The notes: generated by a model not told the origin, from the letters alone. A stretch of DNA of 39,327 nucleotides from Octopus sinensis (GCF_006345805.1 NW_021835776.1:1-39327); one strand, 5' to 3'; shown: positions 1-37,804, numbered from the stretch's first letter. Numbers and translations: made by a program.

Positions 1-152
1 AACCTAGCGGTTCAGTAAAAGGGACCGATATAATAAGAACTAGGCTTACAAAAGAATAATTCCTGGGGTCGATTTGCTCGACTAAAGACGGTTCCACCAG
101 CATGGCCGCAGTCAAATGACTGAAACAAGTAAAAGAGTAAAAGAGTAAAAGA
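1..152 (+). mobile_element. 3' part of tRNA-derived SINE family K with (AAAAGAGT)n tail
   Basis: Matches the 3' halves of copies at 12194-12600, 26171-26580 and 36152-36575. Confidence 0.85.
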
Positions 153-431
153 GTAAAAAGTACGTACATTCAAAGTACGAATTTCTCTATTAACCTCAGA
201 CCAAATTACAAAGTTTTCATTTGTATTGTTTTACATTCTTTGTCGAGAGATAAATTTCTCTTGTAGCGATTAGATATGTTCTGCAAAAATAAACTGCGCA
301 CCACGCCTACTCGTATACCCCCCATTTTATCCTTTACTGTTAGCATTTTCGTTCCGGTGTAAAGGGTTCTGGGGAAGTGGATACACTGCTGATTGGGGTC
401 GTGTCAGTATATATATATATATATATATATA

Positions 432-794
432 ACAATGATAAATCTCAGAGCGAGTTATAAACAGTAGCGGTAACACGTGGTGACGCATATTTGCCATTTG
501 AATATGGCTAACCCCTAAGGGTGGATGCTACTGTAGTTTGTAGCCCCAGGAAGATATCTCCTCCAGCTGGCTATAGACACACTATCTGTGTGCTCTCAGT
601 ATTTGTGAAGGGTAGTCATCTTTCATGAGTCATCATGAGTTGAAGACGGGGAGGATGACTCCCCTTCACAAATACTGAGAGGACACAGATTGTGTGTCTA
701 TAGCCAGCTGGAGGAGATATCTTCCTGGGGCTACAAACTACAGTAGCATCCACCCTTAGGAGTTAGCCATATTCAAATGGCAAATATGCGTCAC
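432..794. mobile_element. Fold-back (inverted) fragment of the 353-bp HHR-bearing repeat family found at 38.1-38.85 kb
   Basis: 480-~620 is the near-perfect reverse complement of ~655-794; clearly homologous to the 38.1 kb unit (ctaagggtggatgctactgtagtttgtagccccagg); flanked by (TA)n on both sides. Confidence 0.9.
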
Positions 795-904
795 TATATA
801 TATATATATATATATATATTGATATCTTTGTAAGGAATGACCAGTGAGAATCGCTGTGATGGATTCAATCTTTCTGATTCTATAGTCTGCACCTGAACTG
901 AAGG

Positions 905-1210
905 TGTGGACGCACATGACCTAGTGGTTAGAGCAGTGGACTCGCAGTCGAGGGATCGCAGGTTCCAATCTCAGACCGGGCGATGTGTGTGTTTACGAGC
1001 GAAAACACCTAAACCCCACGCGGCTCCGGCAGAAAGAGATGGCGAACTTCTGCTGACTCTTTCACCACAACTTTCTCTCACTCTTTCCTCCTGCATCTTG
1101 CAGCTCACCTGCGACGGACCGGCGTCCTATCCAGGTAGGGAACCTATACGTCAGGGAAACCAGCAAACCGGCCCTCATGAGCTGGGCATGGCTCGAGAAG
1201 GAACAAACTA
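905..1210 (+). mobile_element. tRNA(Arg)-like SINE (octopus OR-type), tail variant 1
   Basis: tRNA-like head with A and B boxes; central block gagcgaaaacacctaa...ccacaactttctctcactc shared with copies at 5058 and 19745. Confidence 0.8.
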
Positions 1211-1667
1211 AACTTGAACTGAAGTTAGCATCGCTTTTTTACCTCACATTGCCAAGTTGTTTTGGGGTAAGCCCCACTGTGCGGCACTTTCAGAGTCTTC
1301 TACTATAGCCTCGAGCCTATCAATCAATACCTTATGAGTAGATTTGCTAGGCGGAAACTAGGGTGAAGCACATACATACATACATACATAACATACATAC
1401 ATACATACATACATACATAGACATACATATGTATATATATATATATAATATAATATATATATATATATATTATATGTAATATAATATAGATATATATATA
1501 TATATATATATAATATAATATATATTTAATATATATATAACGAGAAGCTTTATGAAAATAGACAAAAGGCGAAGACAGGTTTACGAAATAAACAAAAGAC
1601 GAAGGCAGGTGGAATACAAACAAACAATTGTATTAGTATGGCACTCAGGAAATATAAATAAAACAAG

Positions 1668-1705
1668 TCTTTAACGTTTCGAGCCTACGCTCTTCAACAG
1701 AAAGA
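1668..1705 (-). ncRNA. Minimal hammerhead-like motif, family 2 (variant core CUGUUGA)
   Basis: Minus strand reads UCUUU-CUGUUGA-A-GAGC(GUAG)GCUC-GAAA-CG-UU-AAAGA; 5-bp stem I; A6U departs from consensus. Confidence 0.6.
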
Positions 1706-1767
1706 TACACAGAGAAGAAACACAGAAAGAAGGAGAGAAAAAAAAATATGAATACATATATATATAA

Positions 1768-1800
<33 letters not shown>

Positions 1801-2117
1801 TGTATGTATGTATGTATGTATGTATGTATGTATGTACGTCTACATGTATGTATGTGTGTTTGTATGTAAAAAATAAGAATACAGATAGGTTAAAGGTTAC
1901 ATCTATAAATGCTCTTAATATCTATACAGACTTGGGGTTTTTTATCGTATTACGCAAAAAATTCTTATATACACACGCTGATATAAAACCAAATTTGAAC
2001 CATTTATTCGCAATATTACCGAATCTGGAATTTAACTATGATCTGTCTATAACACTTTTTCAGCATTACCTGACACCTTTGGGTCTCAATGACACCGTTA
2101 TCTCTTACACATATATA

Positions 2118-2204
<87 letters not shown>

Positions 2205-2210
2205 ATATAT

Positions 2211-2435
2211 AAAGTTAATCCAAACAAGAAAACAGAAAAAAACACAGCAACGCGAGGACGTGGAACAATTAAAGTATTATTTGACGCTCAGGAAAGAAGG
2301 GAAAGAGGGTTCAACGTTTCGAGCGGAGCTCTTCGTCGGAAACAAAGGAGAAGGAAAGATCCCGAGAAGGGAAGACAGAGGAATAAAAACTTTTTGCTGG
2401 TGGTGCTCAAGAGATCACATGTTGAAAGGAGTCTT
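2211..2435 (-). mobile_element. PLE pLTR-like repeat, family 1, inserted in (TA)n; HHR motif at 2309-2343 (U4C)
   Basis: Homologous to 19522-19725 and 33439-33640; minus strand reads GUUU-CCGACGA-A-GAGC(UCC)GCUC-GAAA-CG-UU-GAAC. Confidence 0.75.
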
Positions 2436-3080
2436 CTACTATATATATATATATATCCTCCTCTTTCACTTCACTTTATCCTTTTTCTTTTTCTCGTCCC
2501 TCCCTAATTCTTCTTTCCCTTTGCCTCTACCTCTCTCCTCTCTCTCCACGTGACCGGTGTTCGGCCAAGCCTGACCTTTCTTTCTTGGTTCGACTACCAT
2601 CCGTGCAACATCTATATTCCTCCCTGTGCCTGTCATCTCTTACGTCCCTGCCATAAGTCTTCACTTCCTCACACGCCAGCTTAATTTAATTCGTCCTTAG
2701 TCGAAAGACACCTGTTGTTATGTCCTTTTATTTGCATTTGCATTTGTGTAACATTCTCGGTTTTTTTGTCCTTGTTTACGAATACATTCGCCACTTTATT
2801 CCAAGGAATCTAGTGCTCTTAGCTTAGTTTTTTTCTTGGGGCTGGCCAGATTGGAGCAATCTCGAATATAACCAGCCGAAATTGCAAAAATAATCTGGAA
2901 CTCGACTGAGGAAAGAAAGCTCCGAATGACCCGTCCTAGTTGTTTCTTGTCCTTTTTTGTATCATCTGTCTGGGTGTTTTGTGTTCTTGTCCCATCTTTT
3001 ATATTCCTGTATATATATGCCATGATAGATCGTTAGCTACTACACGCATTCTTTTCTCTCCTTGTTTTTTTTTCTGTGTA

Positions 3081-3118
3081 TCTTTCTGTCGAAGAGCGTA
3101 GGCTCGAAACGTAAAAGA
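3081..3118 (+). ncRNA. Minimal hammerhead-like motif, family 2 (variant core CUGUCGA)
   Basis: UCUUU-CUGUCGA-A-GAGC(GUAG)GCUC-GAAA-CG-UA-AAAGA; lies in a repeat (~3050-3210) that is the inverted partner of ~1540-1745. Confidence 0.6.
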
Positions 3119-3206
3119 CTTTTTCTATTCCTGAGCGCTATACTAATACATTTGTTTGTTTGTACACCACCTGCCTTCGTCTTTTGTTTATTTTCGTAAA
3201 CTTACC

Positions 3207-3241
<35 letters not shown>

Positions 3242-3242
3242 C

Positions 3243-3279
<37 letters not shown>

Positions 3280-3557
3280 AAGGAAAAATTGTAAAAATGC
3301 AGAATGCTCGATTGAAAGAAAATTTTAATGAAATGAGAAAATGAAAAAATATATAAATATATATTTATTCAAACCGGTTTTCGTCATAGTTTGACTTATC
3401 AAGAATAGTTAGGTGAAAAGGTTTCTAACTATTCTTGATAAGTCAAACTATGACGAAAACCGGTTTGAATAAATATATATTTATATACTTTTTCATTTTC
3501 TCATTTCATTAAAATTTTCTTTCAATCGAGCATTCTGCATTTTTACAATTTTTCCTT
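3280..3557. repeat. Near-perfect palindrome (133-bp arms, 12-bp spacer) carrying a U3-A8 hammerhead variant in each arm
   Basis: Arms 3280-3412 and 3425-3557 show one mismatch by eye; HHR at 3430-3471 (+) mirrored at 3366-3407 (-). Confidence 0.9.
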
Positions 3558-3607
3558 GCTTATAATTTCTCCACGTGCGGTCAACACAACCCCACCATTT
3601 ATTGATC

Positions 3608-3639
<32 letters not shown>

Positions 3640-3649
3640 ATATATATAT

Positions 3650-4105
3650 AAGTGAAAACTTCCTGCATGGATGGTATGCCAGGGATCATTCTCAAATAAT
3701 TTTCAGTTCCCTTTTTTTATCACTCCAAGTACTCCTAAAATTCGCTGGTATTGTAATCGTCTTGAGATGTCGCATCTTTACGATTTCGATTAACAAATCT
3801 TTATATTTTCTGGGCTTATCAAATTCTTTTGCCGAGATATTATGGTCACAAGGTATGCTCATGTCAATCAACAAACAGACTTTATGGTTTGATCTTTCAC
3901 AACAACATCTGGTTTATTTGCCTTGATGGCCCGGGTCTGTATATACAGGAAAGTCCTAAAGAATCGTTACATAATCTCCTTCAGTTACAACCCTAGGGTG
4001 GTGCTTGTACCATGTCTACAAGCAGGTTCTGGTTTTATAATACCAACACATTATCCAATGTAGATATTGGCCGACACTGTCATGTCTTGATTTGTGCTCT
4101 ATCAT
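3650..4105 (-). mobile_element. Degenerate R4/Dong-clade non-LTR retrotransposon, restriction-like endonuclease region
   Basis: RHDSVGQYLHWIMCWYYK and LLIDMSIPCDHNISAKEFDK..KYKDLLIEI..M.HLKT match the RHD..HW and D.SIP.D..KE..K..KY RLE motifs; frameshifted. Confidence 0.85.
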
Positions 4106-4485
4106 CCTCATCCTCCTCATCATCATCATCATCATCACCACCACCACCACCATCACCATCACCATCATCATCATCATCATCATCATCACCACCACCACCA
4201 TCATAATCATAACCATCGTCATCATCATCGTCATCACCATCACCATCATCATCATCATCACCACAACCACCACCACCATCATCATCATCACCACCACCAC
4301 CACCATCATCATCACCATCATCATCACCATCACCATCACCATCATCATCATCACCATCACCACCACCATCACCATCATCATCACCACCACCACCACTACC
4401 ACCACCACCACCACCACCATCATCATCATTTTTATTGTTGTTATTATTATTATTATTATTATTGTCATTATTATTATTATTATTA

Positions 4486-4531
<46 letters not shown>

Positions 4532-4622
4532 CATTATCAATATTATTATTATTATTATTATTACTATTATTATTATTATTATTATTATTATCATTATTAT
4601 TATTATTATTATTGTCATTATT
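4106..4622. repeat. Compound (CAT/CAC)n then (ATT)n microsatellite
   Basis: Read directly; source of the spurious poly-His/Ile/Thr ORFs. Confidence 0.95.
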
Positions 4623-4641
4623 GTCGTTTTGTATTCTGCAG

Positions 4642-29850
<25,209 letters not shown>

Positions 29851-29871
29851 GTAAGTAATTTTGCAGTTCAG

Positions 29872-30305
29872 TATATCTTCTTCTTCTTCTTCTTCTTCTT
29901 CTTCTCTTCTTCTTCTTCTTCTTCTTCTTCTTCTTCTCCGTCCCCTCCTCCTCCTCCACTTCCTCCTTCTTCTTCTTCAACTTCTTCTTCTTCTTCTTTT
30001 TCTCCTCCTCCACTTCCTCCTCCTCCTCCTTCTTCTTCTTCTTCTTCTCCACTTCCTCCTCCTCCTCCTCCTCCTCTCCTCCTTCTTTTTCAACTTCTTC
30101 TTCTCCTTCTCCTCCTCCACTTCCTCCTCCTCCTCCTCCTCCTCCTTCTTCTTCTTCTTCTTCAACTTCTTCTCCTCCTCCTCCTCCTCCTTCTGCACCC
30201 CTCCTCATCCACCCCTCCTCCTCCTCCTGCACCTCTCCTTCTACTTCCTTTGTTTTCTTCTTCATTTGTCTCCTCCTCCTCCCCCTTTTCTTCTTCTTCT
30301 TTTCG
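29872..30305. repeat. Homopyrimidine (CTT/CCT)n tract
   Basis: Read directly; about 430 bp that is almost purely C/T on the + strand. Confidence 0.95.
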
Positions 30306-30787
30306 AGTTAGGCATGCTATTCTTATCAGGTCGAGGCTCAACAAAAGTGTTTCCCCGTCGTTTGGCCGAGCTAATTCCCAAAGGATTTGATTTGATTTGA
30401 AAGAGAACTAGTTGCTATCTGCAGCAAATCTAATGACCTCCTAAAGAATCTCGTTTGAGGATGGTTTGACTACTGGTGTATATAGTAGGCTACAAACTGG
30501 CCGAGTGTTTCGTGCGTTGATAAGTACCATCGCACGAAACTCTCGGCCCTTGAGTCACTATTGCTTCTGCTAAATAGTAATGAAAGTATACATTGAAGAT
30601 AATATAAGTTCCTTATCTTAGAAAATATAGAATCGTATTAGCAACCATCTAGTTTAACATTCCCTGGTTCTTGGGTACGTGTAGCGGACCACACTATGTC
30701 CAAAGCATTCGGTCCTGGTTTTTGGTCTAAGGACACCGCCCTCCCTATAATTAGATAACAAAGAAGGAGGAAGCAGAGATGAAGGTA

Positions 30788-30838
30788 GCATTTACGATCG
30801 TTTCGATTTACTGGTTTAAGTACATCTCTTCAGAATGC
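30788..30838 (-). ncRNA. Type I hammerhead ribozyme, family 5, canonical core
   Basis: GCAUU-CUGAAGA-GAU(16 nt)AUC-GAAA-CGAUCG-UA|AAUGC; perfect 5-bp stem I; ACGAUCGU palindrome in stem III; predicted GUA cleavage. Confidence 0.85.
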
Positions 30839-31530
30839 AAATATAAATAGATGCATCATCGGTTAGGATGCGAAAATAATTGATACATATGTGACGGCAA
30901 TGTAAACAAATGTAGTAATTCTTACATTAAATTTTGTTCTTGCGCTGATAAATTCGCTGTGTAGAGGTTTGCTTGTGGTAGACTGATTAGTTTAGTTGGG
31001 TTATTAGGGCGGGATGAGTATTATTTAGCGTGGGTACTCCCTTCTCTTCAGACAAGAAATCGAGTCACCATGAAATTCGGAAATTTTTGAAACCTCAGTT
31101 TGATGAAGACTCAGTTATTATTTTTTTCTAGTAGTAGACAAAAAGTTCCGGTTGGTGTCCATTTCAATCGACTGAACTCATTAAGGTGATGCCAGAGTAG
31201 GGGCGGGCACATAACTTTAGATAGTTATTTTTGTTGTACAGAGCCCCTTCCTCAGAAAGGGTGAAAGGCAGAATTGACGGGATTTGAACACGGGGAATAG
31301 ATGAGAGCCGCAATAGATAATAGTGAAGCACTTTTGATGAGGTGCTGACCGCTTTACTATATTCACCTTAACATACAATCCACGTGTATGTATGCATGTA
31401 TGTATGTATGTATGTATGTATGTATGTATGTATGTATGTATGTATGTATGTTTGTATGTGTGTATGTATGCATGTATATTTATGTCATTCTTTCTCTCTC
31501 TCTCTCTCTCACACACACTCTCTCTCCCTA

Positions 31531-31561
<31 letters not shown>

Positions 31562-31736
31562 CACACACTCTCTCTCCCTATCTCTCTCTTTCCTCTCTCT
31601 ATATATATATACATGTATTTTTATATAGCTATATTTAAATATATATATTTATATATGAATATATTTGTGTACAGGTGTATATATCTAAGTATATGTATGT
31701 TCTTATATACATAGATGTATGTGTGTGCATGAATAC

Positions 31737-31780
<44 letters not shown>

Positions 31781-31801
31781 TATATATATATATAGGTGTT
31801 A

Positions 31802-31832
<31 letters not shown>

Positions 31833-31994
31833 TAAAAAACAAAATATAGCTAATTACCGGGAAACATGTGTTTCTGGAAACTAATTAATTCCAGGAAGAA
31901 TTAATTAGGTCCTTCATCAGCTAGGGGATATATGTGTTAAAATGTATAATTCAACCAAAGATATGCATTCCTACACCCACCAAATATAATATAT

Positions 31995-32010
31995 ACGATG
32001 GATTTATATA

Positions 32011-32046
<36 letters not shown>

Positions 32047-32083
32047 TATATATATATATATATATATATGTATATGTATATAT

Positions 32084-32117
<34 letters not shown>

Positions 32118-32322
32118 ATGTATATGTATATATTATATATATATATATAATATATGTATATATATATGTATATATATATATAATGTATTATATATGTATA
32201 TGTATATATATATATGTATATATATCTATGTATATATATATGTATATATATATATATATGTATATATATATGTGTGTATATATATGTCTACATATATATA
32301 TGTATATGTATATATATATATG

Positions 32323-32354
<32 letters not shown>

Positions 32355-32376
32355 TATATAATGTATATATGTATTG

Positions 32377-32441
<65 letters not shown>

Positions 32442-32690
32442 TGTAATATATATATGTATATGTATATATATATATTGTATATATGTATATATATATATGT
32501 ATATATAATGTATATGTATGTATATATATATGTGTATATATATATATGTGTATATATATATATGTATATGTATATATATATATGTATATATATATGTATA
32601 TATATATATGTATAGATTATATATGTTATATATATATAATATATATGATATATATATGTATATGTATATATATATATTATATATATTATG

Positions 32691-32721
<31 letters not shown>

Positions 32722-32844
32722 GTATATATATATGTGTATATATATATGTTAATTATATATGTATATTATATATAGATATGTTATATATATATGTATATAT
32801 ATATAATTATATATGTTATATGATATGTATATGTATATGTATAT

Positions 32845-32877
<33 letters not shown>

Positions 32878-33398
32878 ATAGATATATATGTATATAATAT
32901 ATGATATATATATATGTATATATATATATGTAATATATATGTATATATATATGTATATATATATATGTATATGTATGTATATATCTATGGTATATATATA
33001 TATGTGTATATATATATATGTATATGTATATATATTATGTATATATATATATGTATATATATATGTATAGATATATATGTATAGATTATATATGTATATA
33101 TATATGTATATATGTATTATGTATATATAATATATATATATGTATATTATATATATATTGATACTATAATATGTATAATATTATGTATATGTATATATAT
33201 ATATATTATATGTATATATATATATGTATATTATATATGTATGTTGTATTATATATATATGTGTAATATATAATATGTGTATATATATATATGTATATGT
33301 AATATATATATATGTATATATATATGTATATATATATATGTAATAGATATATATGTATATATTATATATATGTATATATATATGTATATATGTATATG

Positions 33399-33438
<40 letters not shown>
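31995..33438. repeat. ~1.45-kb degenerate (TA)n/(TATG)n array
   Basis: Read directly. Confidence 0.95.
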
Positions 33439-33640
33439 AAGTTAATCCAAACATGAAAACACAAAGAGAAAACACAACAACGCGAGGACGTGGAACAAAT
33501 ATAGTGTTATTGGACGCTCAGGAAAGAAGGAAAGAAGGAAGGTTTAACGTTTCGAGCGGAGCTCTTCGTCTGAAACATAGGAAAAGGAAAGATCCAAAGA
33601 AGGGAAAACGGAGGGAAAAAAAATCGCCTACGGTACACAC
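33439..33640 (-). mobile_element. PLE pLTR-like repeat, family 1; HHR at 33542-33576 (U4A)
   Basis: Third copy of the family; core reads CAGACGA. Confidence 0.78.
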
Positions 33641-33700
33641 GCCGTCATGTATATATGTATGTATATATGTATGTATATATATATATATATATAAAGCGGG

Positions 33701-33878
33701 AAAGCAGGTGTACACGAAGTGCGATCATTGCTAGAAACAGCAGCCGGTAAGTTTACGGTGCTATGTAGAGCTTCACTGAATATTCGTAGAGGTACGACAG
33801 AATTTTCCTATGTTCACAGCCTGTAAATTTACCGGCTGCTATTTCTAGCAATGGTCGAACTTCGTATACACCTGCTTT
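33701..33878. mobile_element. MITE or fold-back with ~56-bp TIRs
   Basis: aaagcaggtgta...cggtaagtttac (33701-33756) is inverted at 33823-33878. Confidence 0.8.
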
Positions 33879-34593
33879 ATATATTTACAATCCTAACCTT
33901 CATTCAACAATAATATTCTTAAGGCCGCAATTTACTGGCAACGCAACATCTTCAGAGCTCTGTCGCTAATTCACTTCTTAGCCAAATTGAAAACTGTTAG
34001 CATTTTTGAAGAGGGCTGGTCCCTAGCTACACTTTAGCATTAAAAAAATCGAGATTTTGTACCAAAATTTGTAGCAACGCCTCCATTCAAGTTTAGATCT
34101 AAATAGCTTTTTTTTATTTTATTTTAAAATCAAAATCTTAGCTTCAATCATAGACGAAAGTATGAGGAATTTCATAGTTTTGGTTGCATGCACCAAAAAT
34201 TTGTATAAAAAAAGTTGTGAGGTACAATATCCCGAAAAAAATATAAGCCAAAAGATTGGATTTAAATATAATTAACTTTTTTTTTATTTTAAGAACAAAC
34301 TATATTTTAATTAAGCTTAAATGGTAGAGCTCAATTCTAGGAATTTCATGGTATCAACCTCATGCATTGAAGTTTTAAAAGCAAAATGTTATGAGTGTTT
34401 GTTTCTCAAATTTCAGGGTGATAATATAGTTCTGTACTTTTTTATGAATATAATTCTATACAGGGACTTTTAATATATGTCACCGGCATCATTGAGGTAA
34501 GGAAAAAAAACTATCAACGACACAGCTAATTTGCAATTAATTTAATTACGCCATCTGTATTAATTACACACACACACACACACAATCACACAC

Positions 34594-34635
<42 letters not shown>

Positions 34636-34789
34636 TCACACACACATATAGTGCTCATGTCTAGATGTGTGCATGTGTGAGTATATATATCTCCACACAT
34701 TATAAAATCAACCTTCACTTTCCATAAGAATATTTGCTACAAGTTACACAACAACCGCCATTGTAAAAACCCAACATAATAGCCCCCCC

Positions 34790-35038
34790 AACACTACCAC
34801 CACCACCACCACCACTACCATCACCACCACCACCACCACCGCCACCACCACCACCACCACCACCACCACCACCATCACCACCACTACCACCACCACCACC
34901 ATCACCACCACCACCACCACCACAACCACCACCACCGCAACCACAACCACCACCACCACCACCACCACCACTACCATCACCACCACCACCACCACAACCA
35001 CCACCACCACCACCACCACCCCACCACCACCACCACCA
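34790..35038. repeat. (ACC)n microsatellite
   Basis: Read directly. Confidence 0.95.
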
Positions 35039-35168
35039 GTATAGGGAGAGGTATATTCAAATTAATGTTATAATTTCCCAGGCTATATTTTTATGAGGAA
35101 TTAATTAATAATGTTCACTTTAGATTACTGATTCGATGAGTTTAGTCGAATGGAGACAGATTAGCATT

Positions 35169-35201
<33 letters not shown>

Positions 35202-35438
35202 TGTGTGTGTGTGTGTGTGTGGATGTGTCAGGGTGGAACGCATTAAAAGACCCGGTATAATTGCTGTTGTGCTTGCTGTTGTTGTTAGTGATGTCGGTTG
35301 TAGCGGCAGAGTTGATAAGTGTCGGATCAAGTTAGCGAAACATTTTCTGCTTTTGCTTTTCATATATACAGATTTGTCTGTCTGTCTGTCACTCTTTCTC
35401 TCTCTCGCTCTCTCTCTCTCTTTATATATATATATATC

Positions 35439-35473
<35 letters not shown>

Positions 35474-35959
35474 TATATATTATATACTATATATACTCTT
35501 TATCTTTCAGTCATTTGACTGCGGCCATGCTGGAGCACCGCCTTTAGTCGAGCAAATCGACCCCGCGACTTATTCTTTGTAAGCCCAGTACTTATTCTAT
35601 CGGTCTGTTTTGCCGAACCGCTAAGTGACGGGGACTTAAACACACCAGCATCGGTTGTCAAGCAATGCTAGAGGGACAAACACAGACACACAAACATATA
35701 CATACACATACAGACATATATATATACATATATACGACAGGCTTCTTTCAGTTTCCGTCTACCAAATCCACTCACAAGGCATTGGTCGGCCCGAGGCTAT
35801 AGCAGAAGACACTTGCCCAAGATGCCACGCCGTGGGACTGAACCCAGAACCATGTGGTTGGTAGGCAAGCTACTTACCATACAGCCACTCCTGCGCCTAT
35901 ATATATATATATCTGTAAAATAAAACTGGTAAAAATCCACAACACCATCTCTTCGGTTG

Positions 35960-36029
35960 GCCAGATAACCGAAGAGATGGTGTTGTGGATTTCCACCCCG
36001 GAATCCGAAACTCAGAGTTTTATCTTGGC
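35960..36029 (+). ncRNA. Hammerhead-like motif, family 7 (CCGAAGA core, extended stem II), with upstream fold-back
   Basis: GCCAGAUAA-CCGAAGA-...GGAUUUCC(ACCCC)GGAAUCC-GAAA-CUC(A)GAG-UU|UUAUCUUGGC; 35933-35958 is the reverse complement of 35967-35992. Confidence 0.6.
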
Positions 36030-37039
36030 TACCGAATAATTGTCACATATTACATATACAGATAAATTCCTCTATTTACATAATATTGAGGTATCTTTCT
36101 TTCTTTTTTATATCTATACGTATATTTATATAATATATATATATATATATAGGCGCAGGAGTGGCTGTGTGGTAAGTAGCTTGCTAACCAGCCACATGAT
36201 TCCGGGTTCAATCCCACTGCGTGGCATCTTGGGCAAGTGCCTTCTGCTATAGCCCCGGGCCGACCAAAGCCTTGTGAGTGGATTTGGTAGACGGAAACTG
36301 AAAGAAGCCCGTCGTATATATGTATGTATATATATATATATATATATATATGCATGTGTGTGTGTGTTTGTGTGTCTGTGTTGGTCCCCCTAGCATTGCT
36401 TGACAACCGATGCTGGTGTGTGTTTACGTCCCCGTCACATAGCGGTTCAGCAAAAGAGACCGATAGAATAAGTACTGGGCTTACAAAGAATAAGTCCCGG
36501 GGTCGATTTGCTCGACTAAAGGCGGTGCTCCAGCATGGCCGCAGTCAAATGACTGAAACAAGTAGAAGAGTAAAAAGGAGAGTAACTAGTATGACTATAA
36601 TATGTCTATAATGACTATTTGCCCCGGTGGTGTTTGAACAGAGGTTAAAAACGGACGAGAATTAATTCTGTAATGCAATCATTCTATTGTTCCGGTCCCA
36701 AGTTGAATTCGAACTGTTGGCCAAATTTGTCCCAAAGTTCTTATCTCAGCATAAAATTAACGAAGTTTATCTCCCCCTTGATCTCTGATGTCATCTGACA
36801 AACGTCAACTAAAATGGCGTGAATCAGTCAAGCTTTACTTGGTAGAAATAGCAACCCAAATGCTTTTAAATAAGATCTCAATGCCGGACGTTCAAGAACC
36901 AAATGAAGGGCAGATTTTCAATCCTGAGATTATCTTGATTCAAAAAGGTATAATATGTCTATGTAGAGCAAATGAAGACTGAAATACAGGGGTCCCAGAG
37001 GGTCAGCCAGAATTTCGCATTTATTAATATATATATATA

Positions 37040-37432
37040 CTAGCAGTATAGCCCGGCGTTGCTTAGGTTTGTTTCGACCCTTTAGAATTGGAATTTTCGA
37101 AGAGTAAAAGTTTTGCATTATGTAGCTTGTTATTCTCTTTAAGTGAACATTTTTCTGGTTGAAATACACCGAAAAATGACGACACATCAGTCAAAAAATC
37201 GTAAATAATAGGGATTTTCATAGAAAAAAAGCACCTTTTTAATGTAAATAACTTTTGGTGTTAACATGGTCCAATTTGAATTTTTTCTTCTACGGAAGGA
37301 AGAACAAGCCTTCTTCTATCATACTCCAATTTTGGTCAACTTGCGCCGCAGGGTCTCGGAGGAGATAGTTAGTTGAAGGCTACCAAACCTGCCACACACA
37401 GACAACTTCAGCTTTATATATATATATAAGGA
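37040..37432 (-). mobile_element. Non-autonomous Helitron, related to the 8344-8764 copy
   Basis: Minus strand begins with TA-rich ...TATATATAAAGCTG and ends gcaacgccgggctatactgCTAG. Confidence 0.75.
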
Positions 37433-37439
37433 TATATAA

Positions 37440-37476
<37 letters not shown>

Positions 37477-37720
37477 TATAATATAATATATATATATTAT
37501 ATATATATATATATATACTTGGCGTACTCTTATCAGACTGGTAATCATGATAGGTAGATTAAGTTTTGTATATTTGTATCCCGGTATCGTTTTGATGGCT
37601 TGCGCTGCTCTCTCACTCAATAATAGAAATAATGATAATAATAATAATAATAATAATAATAGTAATGATGATGATGATGATGTTGATGATGATGATGATG
37701 ATGATGATGATAATAATGAA

Positions 37721-37752
<32 letters not shown>

Positions 37753-37771
37753 TATAATGATAATAATAATG

Positions 37772-37804
<33 letters not shown>

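Noticed and set aside
1900-2105. Segment ending LTPLGLND, reminiscent of a PLE GIY-YIG C-terminus
   Set aside because: The similarity is only a few residues; it needs a profile search.
31861-31925. Minus-strand CUGAUGA-A-long stem II-GAAA-CACAUG-UU motif
   Set aside because: There is no pairing partner for stem I after the cleavage triplet; possibly a rearranged relic.
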